Source: a virus (lineage: Duplodnaviria > Caudoviricetes). From it: a DNA stretch of 54,334 nucleotides. A program made the translations under genes and the position numbers. Of this stretch, positions 1-8,721 are shown piece after piece. The DNA lies in IMG/VR virus record IMGVR_UViG_3300036855_000036, positions 1-54,334 of that record. The stretch is one strand, 5' to 3'. The notes below the pieces were generated by a model that was not told the origin of the DNA, did not search any database, and was given only the letters and a program-made list of their open reading frames with translations. Position 1 is the stretch's first letter; every line of letters begins with the position of its first letter.

Positions 1-127
1 GACGCCACGCTTGTCCCGGGACGGTGACCGCCCGTGACCACACGGAGGGGGCATGGGGAAATCCTGCGCCGACTGCGGCCGTTCGTTCGAGGCTAAGCGG
101 CTGTCGGCGAAATACTGCTCGGACCTG
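1..127. repeat. Terminal direct repeat (assembly overlap), copy 1
   Basis: Identical to 54208-54334; 127 nt is a typical assembler k-mer length. Confidence 0.95.
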
Positions 128-460
128 TGCCGGAAGCGGGCGCAGCGCCGGAAATCGCCGCCGCCCGCTGAGGTCCGCCCTCCCGCGGGCACCGGGCCGG
201 GGCCCGTGGAACGGCAGGTACGGGCTGACATTGCCGCGCTGGTGACCTCGCACCCGATGGGGGAGGCGCTGGCCGAGATGTCGTACGCGCTCGCGCGCAT
301 GCTCGACGCGGGCGCGGACGGGCCCGCGGCGGTGAACCGGGAGCTGCGGGCAAACCTTGTCGAGCTGAGCAGGCTGGCGGTTGATGACGGTGATGAGCTT
401 GCGGACGAGCTCTCCGTCCCTGAAATGCCTCCCGAGGTTCGCGACTCCCAGGAGCCCTGA
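53..460 (+). CDS. Terminase small subunit with N-terminal Zn-finger
   Basis: GGAGGGG SD; CxxC...YCSxxC; acidic C-terminus; directly upstream of terL. Confidence 0.7.
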   Translation: MGKSCADCGRSFEAKRLSAKYCSDLCRKRAQRRKSPPPAEVRPPAGTGPGPVERQVRADIAALVTSHPMGEALAEMSYALARMLDAGADGPAAVNRELRANLVELSRLAVDDGDELADELSVPEMPPEVRDSQEP

Positions 461-1340
461 GCGCCCGACGCTCGGCGGCCAGGTCGCCAGCGTCGCGGCG
501 AAGCTCGGCAAGCCGTTCATGCCGTGGCAGCGCGACGTGGCCGACGTCGTGATGGAGATCGACCCGGGGACGGGCCGGCTGGCTTACCAGGAGATGGGGC
601 TGACGGTCCCGCGCCAGTCCGGCAAGTCGACGTTCGTGCTGGCGAAGAGCACGCACCGGGCGTCGGCGACGAAGTTCTTCGGGGCGCGGCAGCACCTGGT
701 GTACACGGCGCAGACGCGGATGAAGGCCCGCGAGAAGTGGGAAGAGGACTTCCTCGTCGAGCTCCGGGCGTCGGCGGACTTCAAGCACCGGGTCACCCCG
801 CACATGATCTCCGGCGGCGAGTACATCCGGTTCGTGAACGGCTCGCGGTTCGGGATCGAGTCGGCGACGGAGAAGGCCGGGCACGGCGGGACGCTCGACG
901 AGGCTTACATCGACGAGGCGTTCGCCCAGACTGACTGGCGGCTTGAGCAGGCGTTCGGCCCTGCGATGATCACGCGGGCGAACAAGCTGCTCGCGTGGAT
1001 CTCCACGGCCGGGTGGCAGGACGGCTCGCCCTACCTCAAGGACAAGGTCGCGGTCGGCCGGGCCGCGGCCGCAGAGGGCAGGCGCCAGGGCCTGGCTTAC
1101 TTCGAGTGGTCGGCACCGGATGACGCGGACCCGGCCGACGAGGCGGTGTGGTGGCAGTGCATGCCGGCGCTCGGCTACACGATCACGGTCGAGGCGATCC
1201 GCGCCGAGTACGAGAAAGCGCGGGACGCGGGCAAGCTGAACGAGTTCCGCCGGGCGTACCTGAACCAGTGGGTGCCGAGGGACGTGGACGACGACTGGAT
1301 GGTCATCTCGCAAGATGCCTGGGGATCCTCCGGTGGCTGA
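393..1340 (+). CDS. terL: Terminase large subunit, ATPase part
   Basis: MPWQ adenine motif, Walker A VPRQSGKS, Walker B YIDEA, coupling motif ISTAG, FRRAYLNQW; start 381-393 uncertain. Confidence 0.92.
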   Translation: MSLRTSSPSLKCLPRFATPRSPERPTLGGQVASVAAKLGKPFMPWQRDVADVVMEIDPGTGRLAYQEMGLTVPRQSGKSTFVLAKSTHRASATKFFGARQHLVYTAQTRMKAREKWEEDFLVELRASADFKHRVTPHMISGGEYIRFVNGSRFGIESATEKAGHGGTLDEAYIDEAFAQTDWRLEQAFGPAMITRANKLLAWISTAGWQDGSPYLKDKVAVGRAAAAEGRRQGLAYFEWSAPDDADPADEAVWWQCMPALGYTITVEAIRAEYEKARDAGKLNEFRRAYLNQWVPRDVDDDWMVISQDAWGSSGG

Positions 1341-1857
1341 CGAAGAGAAGCCCTCGCCTCCGCCGCCGTGCGCGTTTGGCATCGAGATCAGCACCAGCAG
1401 GCACCGGTGCGCGGTGGGGAAGGCGTACCGCGCCGAGGGCCGGGTGACGGTCGAGGTCGCGTATTACGACGTCCCGGCGGGTGCGGCCGGGTTCGTCGCG
1501 GAGCGGTGGATGGCCGATGACCCGGTCGCGGTGGCGCTGGACCCGAAGTCGCAGACGGCGACGCTGTTCCGGCCGCTGGCCGAGGCGGGCGTGCTGGTGA
1601 CGCGGCTGTCGGCGGAGGACGTGGCGGTGGCGCACGGGGAGTTCACGGACCTCGTTGCCCGGGGCGGCCTGCGTCACCTGAACCAGGAGCCGCTGACGGC
1701 GGCGGTCCGCGGCGCTCAGCAGCGGGCACTGGCGGGCGCGCAGGCGTGGGAGCGGCGGGTGGCAGCTGACCAGTCACCGCTGAACGCGTGCACGTTCGCG
1801 GCGTTCGAGCTGCTGCGGTACGAGGAGCTGGCCGCGCCGGGCATCTGGCAGATCTGA
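1333..1857 (+). CDS. Terminase large subunit, C-terminal nuclease part (separate ORF)
   Basis: AFGIEISTSR, LRHLNQEPLTAAV, AWERR...SPL resemble actinophage TerL C-termini; GTG at 1333 with GGGGA upstream, overlapping the 1340 stop. Confidence 0.8.
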   Translation: MADEEKPSPPPPCAFGIEISTSRHRCAVGKAYRAEGRVTVEVAYYDVPAGAAGFVAERWMADDPVAVALDPKSQTATLFRPLAEAGVLVTRLSAEDVAVAHGEFTDLVARGGLRHLNQEPLTAAVRGAQQRALAGAQAWERRVAADQSPLNACTFAAFELLRYEELAAPGIWQI

Positions 1858-1872
1858 ACGAGAGGTAACTGC

Positions 1873-2145
1873 ATGCCGGTCCTGACGGTGACTCACACGC
1901 GCACGCATAGCGTTGTCGCCCCCGCGAATCCGTTTCTGGCCTGCGCCACGTGCGGCAAGCGCGTCGAGGCGTTCCACGATGACGAGTGCGGCTGCGACGA
2001 GAGCGGCGGTCCGTTGCTCCTGATGCCGTGCTTCCACCGCAGCGACTACGACGACCTGTGCCCGTCGTGGGGCCCGGTTGACGGCTGCCAGTGCCTGGCT
2101 CACCTGGGGCGCGTGCCGCATCCTGCCGTACTGCCGCTGGCCTAG
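1873..2145 (+). CDS. Cys/His-rich hypothetical protein
   Basis: GAGG SD, high GC3, CxxC motifs. Confidence 0.65.
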   Translation: MPVLTVTHTRTHSVVAPANPFLACATCGKRVEAFHDDECGCDESGGPLLLMPCFHRSDYDDLCPSWGPVDGCQCLAHLGRVPHPAVLPLA

Positions 2146-2310
2146 CCAAGGGAGAAAACCGAGCACCGCCCGGAACGTCACACGACCGGGCGGTGCGCTG
2201 GCGAGACTCCGATGCGCAATCGGACCTCTCTGGCCGCCGGAAAGTCATCCCCCCTGCGTCTGGATAGGGGGCCTGTACGGACAGCCGCAGTACTGCCCTG
2301 CCTTTCCGGC
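2145..2310 (+). ncRNA. Candidate structured RNA
   Basis: Intergenic with 6-7 nested stems, including perfect 11-bp (2163-73/2186-96) and 9-bp (2236-44/2302-10) helices. Confidence 0.45.
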
Positions 2311-2343
2311 AACTGCCGTCCACGTTAGCAAAGGGGAGATGAC

Positions 2344-2562
2344 ATGCGCCTGTCCGTTGTCCTGCTGCTCGTCTCCCTGGCCGGGGTGCTGGGCGGCGCT
2401 GCGCTGATCGGCTTGCCCGCGCTGGGCGGTGCGGTCATCTTCGACAGCCTCGCGACCGGCGTGTACGCGCTGCTGCGCGATGACGGGGACCGGGCGCGGC
2501 CGTCGGTGCACGAGGTCCCGACGCTGTCGAGCATCCTCGATCGGGCGCGGGGCGCGGCGTGA
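2344..2562 (+). CDS. Small membrane protein
   Basis: GGGGAG SD; two hydrophobic segments; typical gene upstream of portal. Confidence 0.7.
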   Translation: MRLSVVLLLVSLAGVLGGAALIGLPALGGAVIFDSLATGVYALLRDDGDRARPSVHEVPTLSSILDRARGAA

Positions 2563-2885
2563 CGGGCATGCCGCGGATCGGCGGGGAGAGCGAGTCGTGG
2601 CGAGTCGGCCTGTGCGCCTACGGGGACGCGCCCGGCGAGCCGCGCTGCACCCGCGACGCAGCCTGGCACGGCGTCAAGATGAGCGAGCCTGAGTGGGTCG
2701 CCTTGGCGTCCTGCGACGACCACCTGCCGGTCATGCTGACACTGGTCGACTGCGCGCACCCGCTTGTTCACCCGTGCGACATTCCCGGAGCGGAGTTCCG
2801 CTGGCCGGAGAACATGTGCTTCCTGGAGTGGGACGAGTCGGCCGAGTTCGCCGCTGCGGTCCCTGAGCGGGCGCGGGCATCATGA
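2559..2885 (+). CDS. Hypothetical protein
   Basis: GTGA/ATGA overlaps with neighbours. Confidence 0.6.
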   Translation: MTGMPRIGGESESWRVGLCAYGDAPGEPRCTRDAAWHGVKMSEPEWVALASCDDHLPVMLTLVDCAHPLVHPCDIPGAEFRWPENMCFLEWDESAEFAAAVPERARAS

Positions 2886-3124
2886 CTGACCTTTCAGCGG
2901 ACGCTGCCCTTCCCGAGATCACGGCCGTCGAGCGGCTGACGCTGCGTCCCGGCGACGCGCTGGTGATCCGGCTCGGCCAGATCAAGGTCAGCGAGCAGCA
3001 GGCTCAGCGCGTCATCGATCGCGTGCGCGCCACGCTGAGGCTGGACCTGTCCGTGCCGGTCCTGGTGCTCCCGGAAGGCGCCAGCGTTAAAGTCATCGAG
3101 GCGCCGGGGAAGATCACCCGGTGA
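2882..3124 (+). CDS. Hypothetical protein
   Basis: Coupled overlaps; LTLRPGDALVIR. Confidence 0.6.
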   Translation: MTDLSADAALPEITAVERLTLRPGDALVIRLGQIKVSEQQAQRVIDRVRATLRLDLSVPVLVLPEGASVKVIEAPGKITR

Positions 3125-4593
3125 GGCTGCTTGACCGGCTGATTCGCCGGGACGCGGGCTACTGGGAGGGCATGGCGTCGGGCGCGGCGGTCCTGACGAG
3201 CTCCTACGGCTCCCCGGACCGGGAGGCGGTGCTGCCGCAGCTGGCGGGCTGGGCGCAACAGGTCAACGGGTCAGACTCCCCGGTGTTCTCCGCGATCCTG
3301 GTGCGGATGATGCTGCTCGCCGAGGCGCAGTTCCAATTTCAAGCCTTGGCCGACAAGCACCTGTACGGCAACCAGTCGCTCGCGGTCCTTGAGCACCCGT
3401 TCGGCCCTGGGTCGACGTCGGGCGAGCTGATCGCCCGGATGGAGCAGGACGGCTCGCTGGCCGGCAACGCCTACATCTGGAACCCGCCGGAGGAGGACTA
3501 CCTGGTGCGGCTGCGGCCGGACTGGGTCACGATCATCTCCGAGCTGGTCCCGGTGGACGGCGGCGGCAGCTACCGGCGGAAGGTCGGCTACTGGCACCAG
3601 CCGCCGCAGGGCATCACGGGCCACGGGGCCCCGTTCATGGTCCCGGCGGCCGAGGTCGCCCACTGGCACCCGATCCCTGACCCGGCGGCGGACTTCCGGG
3701 GCATGAGCTGGCTGACCCCGGTGATGCGGGACGTCCAGGCCGACGACGCGATGACCCGCTACAAGGTCCGCTACCTGCAGAACAACGCGACCCCGAACAT
3801 CATCATCCGGTACGCGCAGAAGCTCCAGCCGGCGACGGTCGACGCGATCCGCGACCGGATGGCGGCCCGGTACGGCGGCGCGGACAACGCGGGCAAGACC
3901 CTCGTCCTCGACCAGGGCGCCGACCTGACCCTGGCCGGGAACAGCCTGTCGCAGATGGACTTCAGCAACGTCTCCGTCGACGGCGTGCAGCGGATCCTCG
4001 CCCCCTCCGGCGTCCCGGCGATGCTGCTCGGCCTGGAGTCGATCAAGGGCGCCGGCAAGAGCTACGAGGACGTGATCAGGCGATTTGCGGACCTGACGCT
4101 CCGCCCGCTGTGGAGGACGCTGTGCGCGGCGCTGGACGGCCCGGTCGTGACCTCCCCTGGCGGGTCGCAGCTGTGGTGGGACACCGGCGCTATCGCGGCG
4201 CTGCAGGAGGGCGAGCAGGTCCGGGCGCAGGTCTCCCTGATCCGCGCTCAGGCGCTGCTGGCGCTGAAGCAGGCGGGCTACGACGAGATGTCATCAGTGG
4301 CCGCGATCGGGGCCGGGGACATGTCGCAGCTGAAGCCCTCGGCCACCCCGCCGCCGGTGCCGGCCGGGAACGTGCAGCACATGCTGCCGCAGACGCCGCC
4401 GGGCGCGACAGCGACCCCGCTGCCGCCGTCTGTGCCGCGCCTGCCGACCGGGTCGACGTCGCCGGGTGACGGCGGGAACAGCACGCGGCCGGTGCCGGTG
4501 GCGTCGGCGGCGCGGCGGGCGGAGGACTTCGCGGGCGAGCTGTCGCTGCGCCTGGCGCTTGAGTCGTCGCGGAACGGAGACGGGCGTGGCTGA
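3121..4593 (+). CDS. Portal protein (HK97 family)
   Basis: LAGNAYI, LRPDWV, FRGMSWL, NNATPN, NAGKTLVL motifs; position after terminase. Confidence 0.92.
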   Translation: MRLLDRLIRRDAGYWEGMASGAAVLTSSYGSPDREAVLPQLAGWAQQVNGSDSPVFSAILVRMMLLAEAQFQFQALADKHLYGNQSLAVLEHPFGPGSTSGELIARMEQDGSLAGNAYIWNPPEEDYLVRLRPDWVTIISELVPVDGGGSYRRKVGYWHQPPQGITGHGAPFMVPAAEVAHWHPIPDPAADFRGMSWLTPVMRDVQADDAMTRYKVRYLQNNATPNIIIRYAQKLQPATVDAIRDRMAARYGGADNAGKTLVLDQGADLTLAGNSLSQMDFSNVSVDGVQRILAPSGVPAMLLGLESIKGAGKSYEDVIRRFADLTLRPLWRTLCAALDGPVVTSPGGSQLWWDTGAIAALQEGEQVRAQVSLIRAQALLALKQAGYDEMSSVAAIGAGDMSQLKPSATPPPVPAGNVQHMLPQTPPGATATPLPPSVPRLPTGSTSPGDGGNSTRPVPVASAARRAEDFAGELSLRLALESSRNGDGRG

Positions 4594-5152
4594 CGGATGG
4601 GCGGTCCGGTGGGCTGCCGCGTGGGCAAGCGGCGCGACGAGGTTCAACACGAACCACGCCCCGGCGGGAAGCGCCACCGGGGGCCAGTTCGCCCCGGCCG
4701 GCGGCGGCTCCGGGTCAGCGAAGGGCGGGACCGCGAAGGGCGCGACCGTGAAGCCGACGGCGCACCAGCAGCATGTCGCGCACGTGCGGGAAATGGCCTC
4801 CCACCCGAACTCGCCCGCGGCGAAGGCGGAGCGCAAGGCCGCGCTGCTGAAGCAGGCGAAAGCCGACCGGGCGAAGGCGGCGGTGCTCGGCAAGCAGCTG
4901 CACGGGCTGCGGCAGCAGCAGGCGAAGGCCGTGGCGGCAGCCAAGCACACGGCGGCGGCCGCGGCGAGCGCGAAAGCGGGCCCGAACGCGGCGAAGAGCC
5001 TGGCGCACGCCGCGGCGCCGAAAAAGGCGACGACGGCCAAGGCGGCACCTAAGAAGCTGACGCTGAAGCAGCAGGTCGCCGCCGTTCAAACGCAGATCGG
5101 CAACCTGCTGGCGCAGGCGAGGACGGCCGAAGCGCAGGCGGCGAAGCTGTGA
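4586..5152 (+). CDS. Basic Ala/Lys-rich head-associated protein
   Basis: GTG overlaps portal stop; FNTNHAPAGSATGGQF motif; H1-like PKKA/AAPKK stretches. Confidence 0.65.
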   Translation: MADGWAVRWAAAWASGATRFNTNHAPAGSATGGQFAPAGGGSGSAKGGTAKGATVKPTAHQQHVAHVREMASHPNSPAAKAERKAALLKQAKADRAKAAVLGKQLHGLRQQQAKAVAAAKHTAAAAASAKAGPNAAKSLAHAAAPKKATTAKAAPKKLTLKQQVAAVQTQIGNLLAQARTAEAQAAKL

Positions 5153-6450
5153 CCGGCGACGCGGCCCGCGCGGCCGGGGCGGTCACCAACCCCGGGGGCA
5201 CGGAGCGCCTGCACGCGTACTGGGTGCACGGCGAGGGCGCCGCGAAGATCCACTGGGGCCAGCCGAATGATTTTGACCGGTGCGTCGTCGAGCTCGGCAA
5301 GTACATCCGTGACCCGCAGGGCTACTGCAACCTGGCTCATCACGAGGCGACCGGGATGTGGCCCGCGCAGCACGCGGCAATGGAGAAGAAAGCGACCGGG
5401 AGGTCATCGGTGACGATTACGCAGCGGGCCGAGATGGCCACGTCTGACATCAACGACCTGCCCGACTCTGACTTCGCCTACATCGAAAGCGGCGGCGCGA
5501 AGGACAGCTCCGGCAAGACGGTGCCCCGCGACAAGCGGCACTTCCCACTCCACGACGCCGCGCACGTGCGGGACGCGCTCGGCCGCGCTCCCCAGTCCCC
5601 GTTCGGCGACAAGGCCATGCCCAAGATCAAGGCCGCAGCGAAGAAGTTCGGAGTCGATGTGAGCAGCGACAGCCAGCCCGCGTCCCGCGCGGAGTTCATG
5701 CGCATGTACCCGCTGGAGGACATGCACATCATCCGGTCGGAGAACGGCGGCGACGGCCGCACCGTCGAGGCGTTCGCGGCGGTCTTCGACCAGCAGGCGG
5801 AGATCTCCGACCACGAGGGCCACTACCTCGAGGAGATCGACCGGGGCGCGTTCAACCGGGCGATCGACCACGCCCGCGCGTCCCGCGGCGGCCTGCCCGG
5901 CGCGATCAAGGTCCTCTACAACCACGGCATGACCATCCAGGGCACCCCGTCGGAGCGGTTCTCCGTCCCGATCGGCGTCCCCGTCGAGGTCCGCGCCGAG
6001 GCCCGCGGCCTGCTGACCCGCACCCGCTACTCCGAGACCCCGCTGGCGGACGAGATCCTCGAGTCCGTCCGCGCCGGGTCGATCACCTCCCAGTCGTTCA
6101 CCGGGCGGATCATCCGCTCGACCCCGCAGCTCGCCCGCGGTGACAGGTACCGGCCCCGAAGCGGGGAACTGACGGTCGTGCGCCGCACCGAGCTGGGGTT
6201 CCGCGAGTACGGGCCCGTCCTGTGGCCCGCCTACACGGGCGCTGAGATCCTCGGCGTCCGCATGTCCACTCCCGGCTCCTGGAGCCCGGACCCGGACGAG
6301 GAGCAAGACCCCGGCACCGCGCCCGATGACGCGCCCGCCGCCGGCGACCCGCTGGACCAGCAGGACCAGCACTCGGCCCGGTATCACCAGCACGCGCTTT
6401 ACGAGCTCCGCAGCAAGGAGCAGCGAGAGGCGATCGGGCTGACCTGGTAA
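5149..6450 (+). CDS. HK97 prohead protease fused to two N-terminal accessory domains
   Basis: VEAFAAVFD, EEIDRGAF, VLYNHG, QSFTG, EYGPVLWPAY protease motifs; LPDSDFAY...FPLHDAAHVRDAL (DUF6582-like). Confidence 0.88.
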   Translation: MTGDAARAAGAVTNPGGTERLHAYWVHGEGAAKIHWGQPNDFDRCVVELGKYIRDPQGYCNLAHHEATGMWPAQHAAMEKKATGRSSVTITQRAEMATSDINDLPDSDFAYIESGGAKDSSGKTVPRDKRHFPLHDAAHVRDALGRAPQSPFGDKAMPKIKAAAKKFGVDVSSDSQPASRAEFMRMYPLEDMHIIRSENGGDGRTVEAFAAVFDQQAEISDHEGHYLEEIDRGAFNRAIDHARASRGGLPGAIKVLYNHGMTIQGTPSERFSVPIGVPVEVRAEARGLLTRTRYSETPLADEILESVRAGSITSQSFTGRIIRSTPQLARGDRYRPRSGELTVVRRTELGFREYGPVLWPAYTGAEILGVRMSTPGSWSPDPDEEQDPGTAPDDAPAAGDPLDQQDQHSARYHQHALYELRSKEQREAIGLTW

Positions 6451-6472
6451 CGCGCTGAACGGAGTACGCGTC

Positions 6473-7882
6473 ATGGCGACGCTGAAGGAAAAGACCGAGG
6501 AGATGGCCCGCATCAAGGGCGAGCTCCAGCGGATGGAAACCTCCGAGGAGACCACCGAGGAGAACGACGGCGACCTGCGGGACACCCTCGTCGAGCGGTG
6601 GAAGCAGCTGGACGAGGAAACCAAGCCGATCATCCGGCGGATGGAGGAGATCCGGGCCATCACCCGGACAGCCTCCGACCCGGCGAACCTCGAGCGGCCC
6701 GCCGGCTCCGACGGCGGGGACGACGCCTACCGCGGCGGCAACCCCGACTTCTGGCAGCAGGGCAACCGCAGCCCGTACGAGAACCTGGACGCGGTCCGCA
6801 GCCGGGTCGTCACCCGCGCTGACCTGCGCGCCCGGGCGCTGGACGCGATCGAGCTGGAGGCTAAGCGCGGGAACATGGCCCGCGACTACGCCGAGGCGGC
6901 GACGCTCAAGGCGCAGGACGACCCGGGGATCGCCCGGCACATGCTGCTGACCGGCTCCGAGGAGTACCAGGAGGCGTTCCGCCAGTACGTCGAGGACCCG
7001 CAGGGCATGGCCCAGCGCGCCGCGCTGAGCTTGACCCTCGCAAATGGTGGATATTTGTTGCCTTTTGTGCTAGATCCAACAATTATCCTCACGAACACCG
7101 GCTCCGCTAACCCCTGGCGGCGCATCTCCAACGTGAAGCAGACCACGTCCAACACGTGGAACGGCGTCACGTCGGCCGGCGTGAACGCGGCGTGGCTCGC
7201 TGAGGGCACGGCCGTCACCGACGGCTCCCCGACGGTCGGCAACATCGCGATCACGCCGCAGAAGGCCGCCGCGTGGGTGTTCGGTTCCTATGAAGTCCTC
7301 GAGGACACGGACTTCGGCCAGCAGCTCCCCCGCCTCCTCTCGGACGCGAAGGACCGCCTGGAGGAGAACGCGTTCGCGGTCGGCGCCGGGTCCGGCGGCG
7401 TGCCGCAGGGCGTCATCACCGGCGCGACCACCACGATCAGCACCGCGACGACCCTGGTCGTGGCGATCGGCGACATCTACGCGACGCAGGCCGCACTCCC
7501 GCCCCGGTTCCGCAACGCCCCCGGCACCTCGTGGGCCGCGAACGTCGCCCAGATCAACCGCACCCGCCAGCTCGACACCGCGGGCGGCGCGTCCTTCTGG
7601 ACGAATTTGGGGAAAGGCGCGCCCGAAACTTTGCTCGGTGCCCCGATCTACGAGTCCAGCTCCATGGACCCGGCCCTGGCCGCCTCGACCAAGCTCATGG
7701 TATTTGGCGATTTCGGCCAGTACTATGTGATTGACCGAGTCGGGGTTAGCCTTATTTATGAACCCCTAGTCAAGGACCAGACCACCGCGCTCCCGAGCGG
7801 AAGAGCAGGCTGGTTTATGTTCTGGCGCGTAGGTGCGCAGGTCGCGGTTCCGAACGCGTTCAGGGTTCTGATCGGCAGGTAA
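6473..7882 (+). CDS. Major capsid protein (HK97 fold)
   Basis: Coiled-coil delta domain, GGYLLP, AWLAEG, TLLGAPI, FGDFGQYYVIDR. Confidence 0.95.
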   Translation: MATLKEKTEEMARIKGELQRMETSEETTEENDGDLRDTLVERWKQLDEETKPIIRRMEEIRAITRTASDPANLERPAGSDGGDDAYRGGNPDFWQQGNRSPYENLDAVRSRVVTRADLRARALDAIELEAKRGNMARDYAEAATLKAQDDPGIARHMLLTGSEEYQEAFRQYVEDPQGMAQRAALSLTLANGGYLLPFVLDPTIILTNTGSANPWRRISNVKQTTSNTWNGVTSAGVNAAWLAEGTAVTDGSPTVGNIAITPQKAAAWVFGSYEVLEDTDFGQQLPRLLSDAKDRLEENAFAVGAGSGGVPQGVITGATTTISTATTLVVAIGDIYATQAALPPRFRNAPGTSWAANVAQINRTRQLDTAGGASFWTNLGKGAPETLLGAPIYESSSMDPALAASTKLMVFGDFGQYYVIDRVGVSLIYEPLVKDQTTALPSGRAGWFMFWRVGAQVAVPNAFRVLIGR

Positions 7883-7900
7883 TCCCAAAGCATTCGTGGC

Positions 7901-7945
7901 TTTCCCTAGTTGAGAATCGTATAAGCTGGTTCTCGACTAGGGAGG
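7901..7945 (+). promoter_or_regulatory. Hairpin sequestering the HNH ribosome-binding site, with -10-like TAAGCT in loop
   Basis: TCCCTAGTTGAGAA (7903-16) pairs with TTCTCGACTAGGGA (7930-43); SD GGGAGG at 7940-45. Confidence 0.6.
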
Positions 7946-7950
7946 CCAGG

Positions 7951-8718
7951 ATGAAAGAGTGCTCTCGCGACGGCTGCGGCCGGCCAGTGGCGGCGCGGAA
8001 CATGTGCGATGCGCATTACCGGGCGTGGCTGAAGGAACGGCCGCCCGGCCCCCGTCGGACCGGGGTTCCGGTAGCCGAGTGCTCGTACGAGGGCTGCACG
8101 CGCCCGGCGCGGGCCGGGACGGCGATCTGCAAGCGGCACTACACCGCCGAGTGGCATGCCCGTCAGGGGCCGTGCTCGGTCGAGGGCTGCGAGCGGCAGG
8201 CCAACGCGGCTCACCTGTGCGAGATGCATTACAAGCGGAAGCAGCGCGGCCTGGCGGACTGGGACAAGCTGATCGCCCCGCGCATGAAGCGGGACGGCGA
8301 CTGCGCCGTAGATGGATGCGAGCGGCCCGTGTACGCCAGGGGCCACTGCACGATGCACCACCAGCGCGTCGCAGTCCTGGGCCATGTGGACGCGGGGCCG
8401 GTCGGACGGCTCAAGGCCGCTTCAGGGCAGGGCAGCCTGGACCCTAGCGGCTACCGGGTTATCACGGTCGGCGGCCAGCGCTACCTGGAGCACCGATGGG
8501 TGATGGAGCAGCAGCTCGGCCGCCCGCTGTGGCCGGATGAGAGCGTGCACCACAAGAACGGCGCGCGCGCTGACAACCGGCCGGAGAACCTCGAGCTGTG
8601 GGCTAAAGCGCAGCCAGCCGGGCAGCGTGTGGCCGACATCATGGCGTTCTACGTGGAGCGTTACCCGGAACTGGCGGAGCAGGTATTGCGCAAGGTGAAG
8701 CGCAGGAAGGCAGGCTGA
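7951..8718 (+). CDS. Free-standing HNH endonuclease with four N-terminal C3H Zn-finger repeats
   Basis: EHRWVME, VHHKNGARADNRPENLELW; 4x CxxxGCxRxxxAxxxCxxH. Confidence 0.9.
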   Translation: MKECSRDGCGRPVAARNMCDAHYRAWLKERPPGPRRTGVPVAECSYEGCTRPARAGTAICKRHYTAEWHARQGPCSVEGCERQANAAHLCEMHYKRKQRGLADWDKLIAPRMKRDGDCAVDGCERPVYARGHCTMHHQRVAVLGHVDAGPVGRLKAASGQGSLDPSGYRVITVGGQRYLEHRWVMEQQLGRPLWPDESVHHKNGARADNRPENLELWAKAQPAGQRVADIMAFYVERYPELAEQVLRKVKRRKAG

Positions 8719-8721
8719 GTC

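Noticed and set aside
93-1394. Long antisense and alternate-frame ORFs (also 5404-6663, 30697-31806, 40227-41483, 45859-47328 and others)
   Set aside because: Shadow ORFs expected at high GC; Arg/Pro-rich, no motifs, opposite well-supported genes
2236-2310. Cloverleaf as a tRNA gene
   Set aside because: No TTCGA T-loop, no D-loop GG, no 7-nt anticodon loop or CCA; kept only as ncRNA candidate
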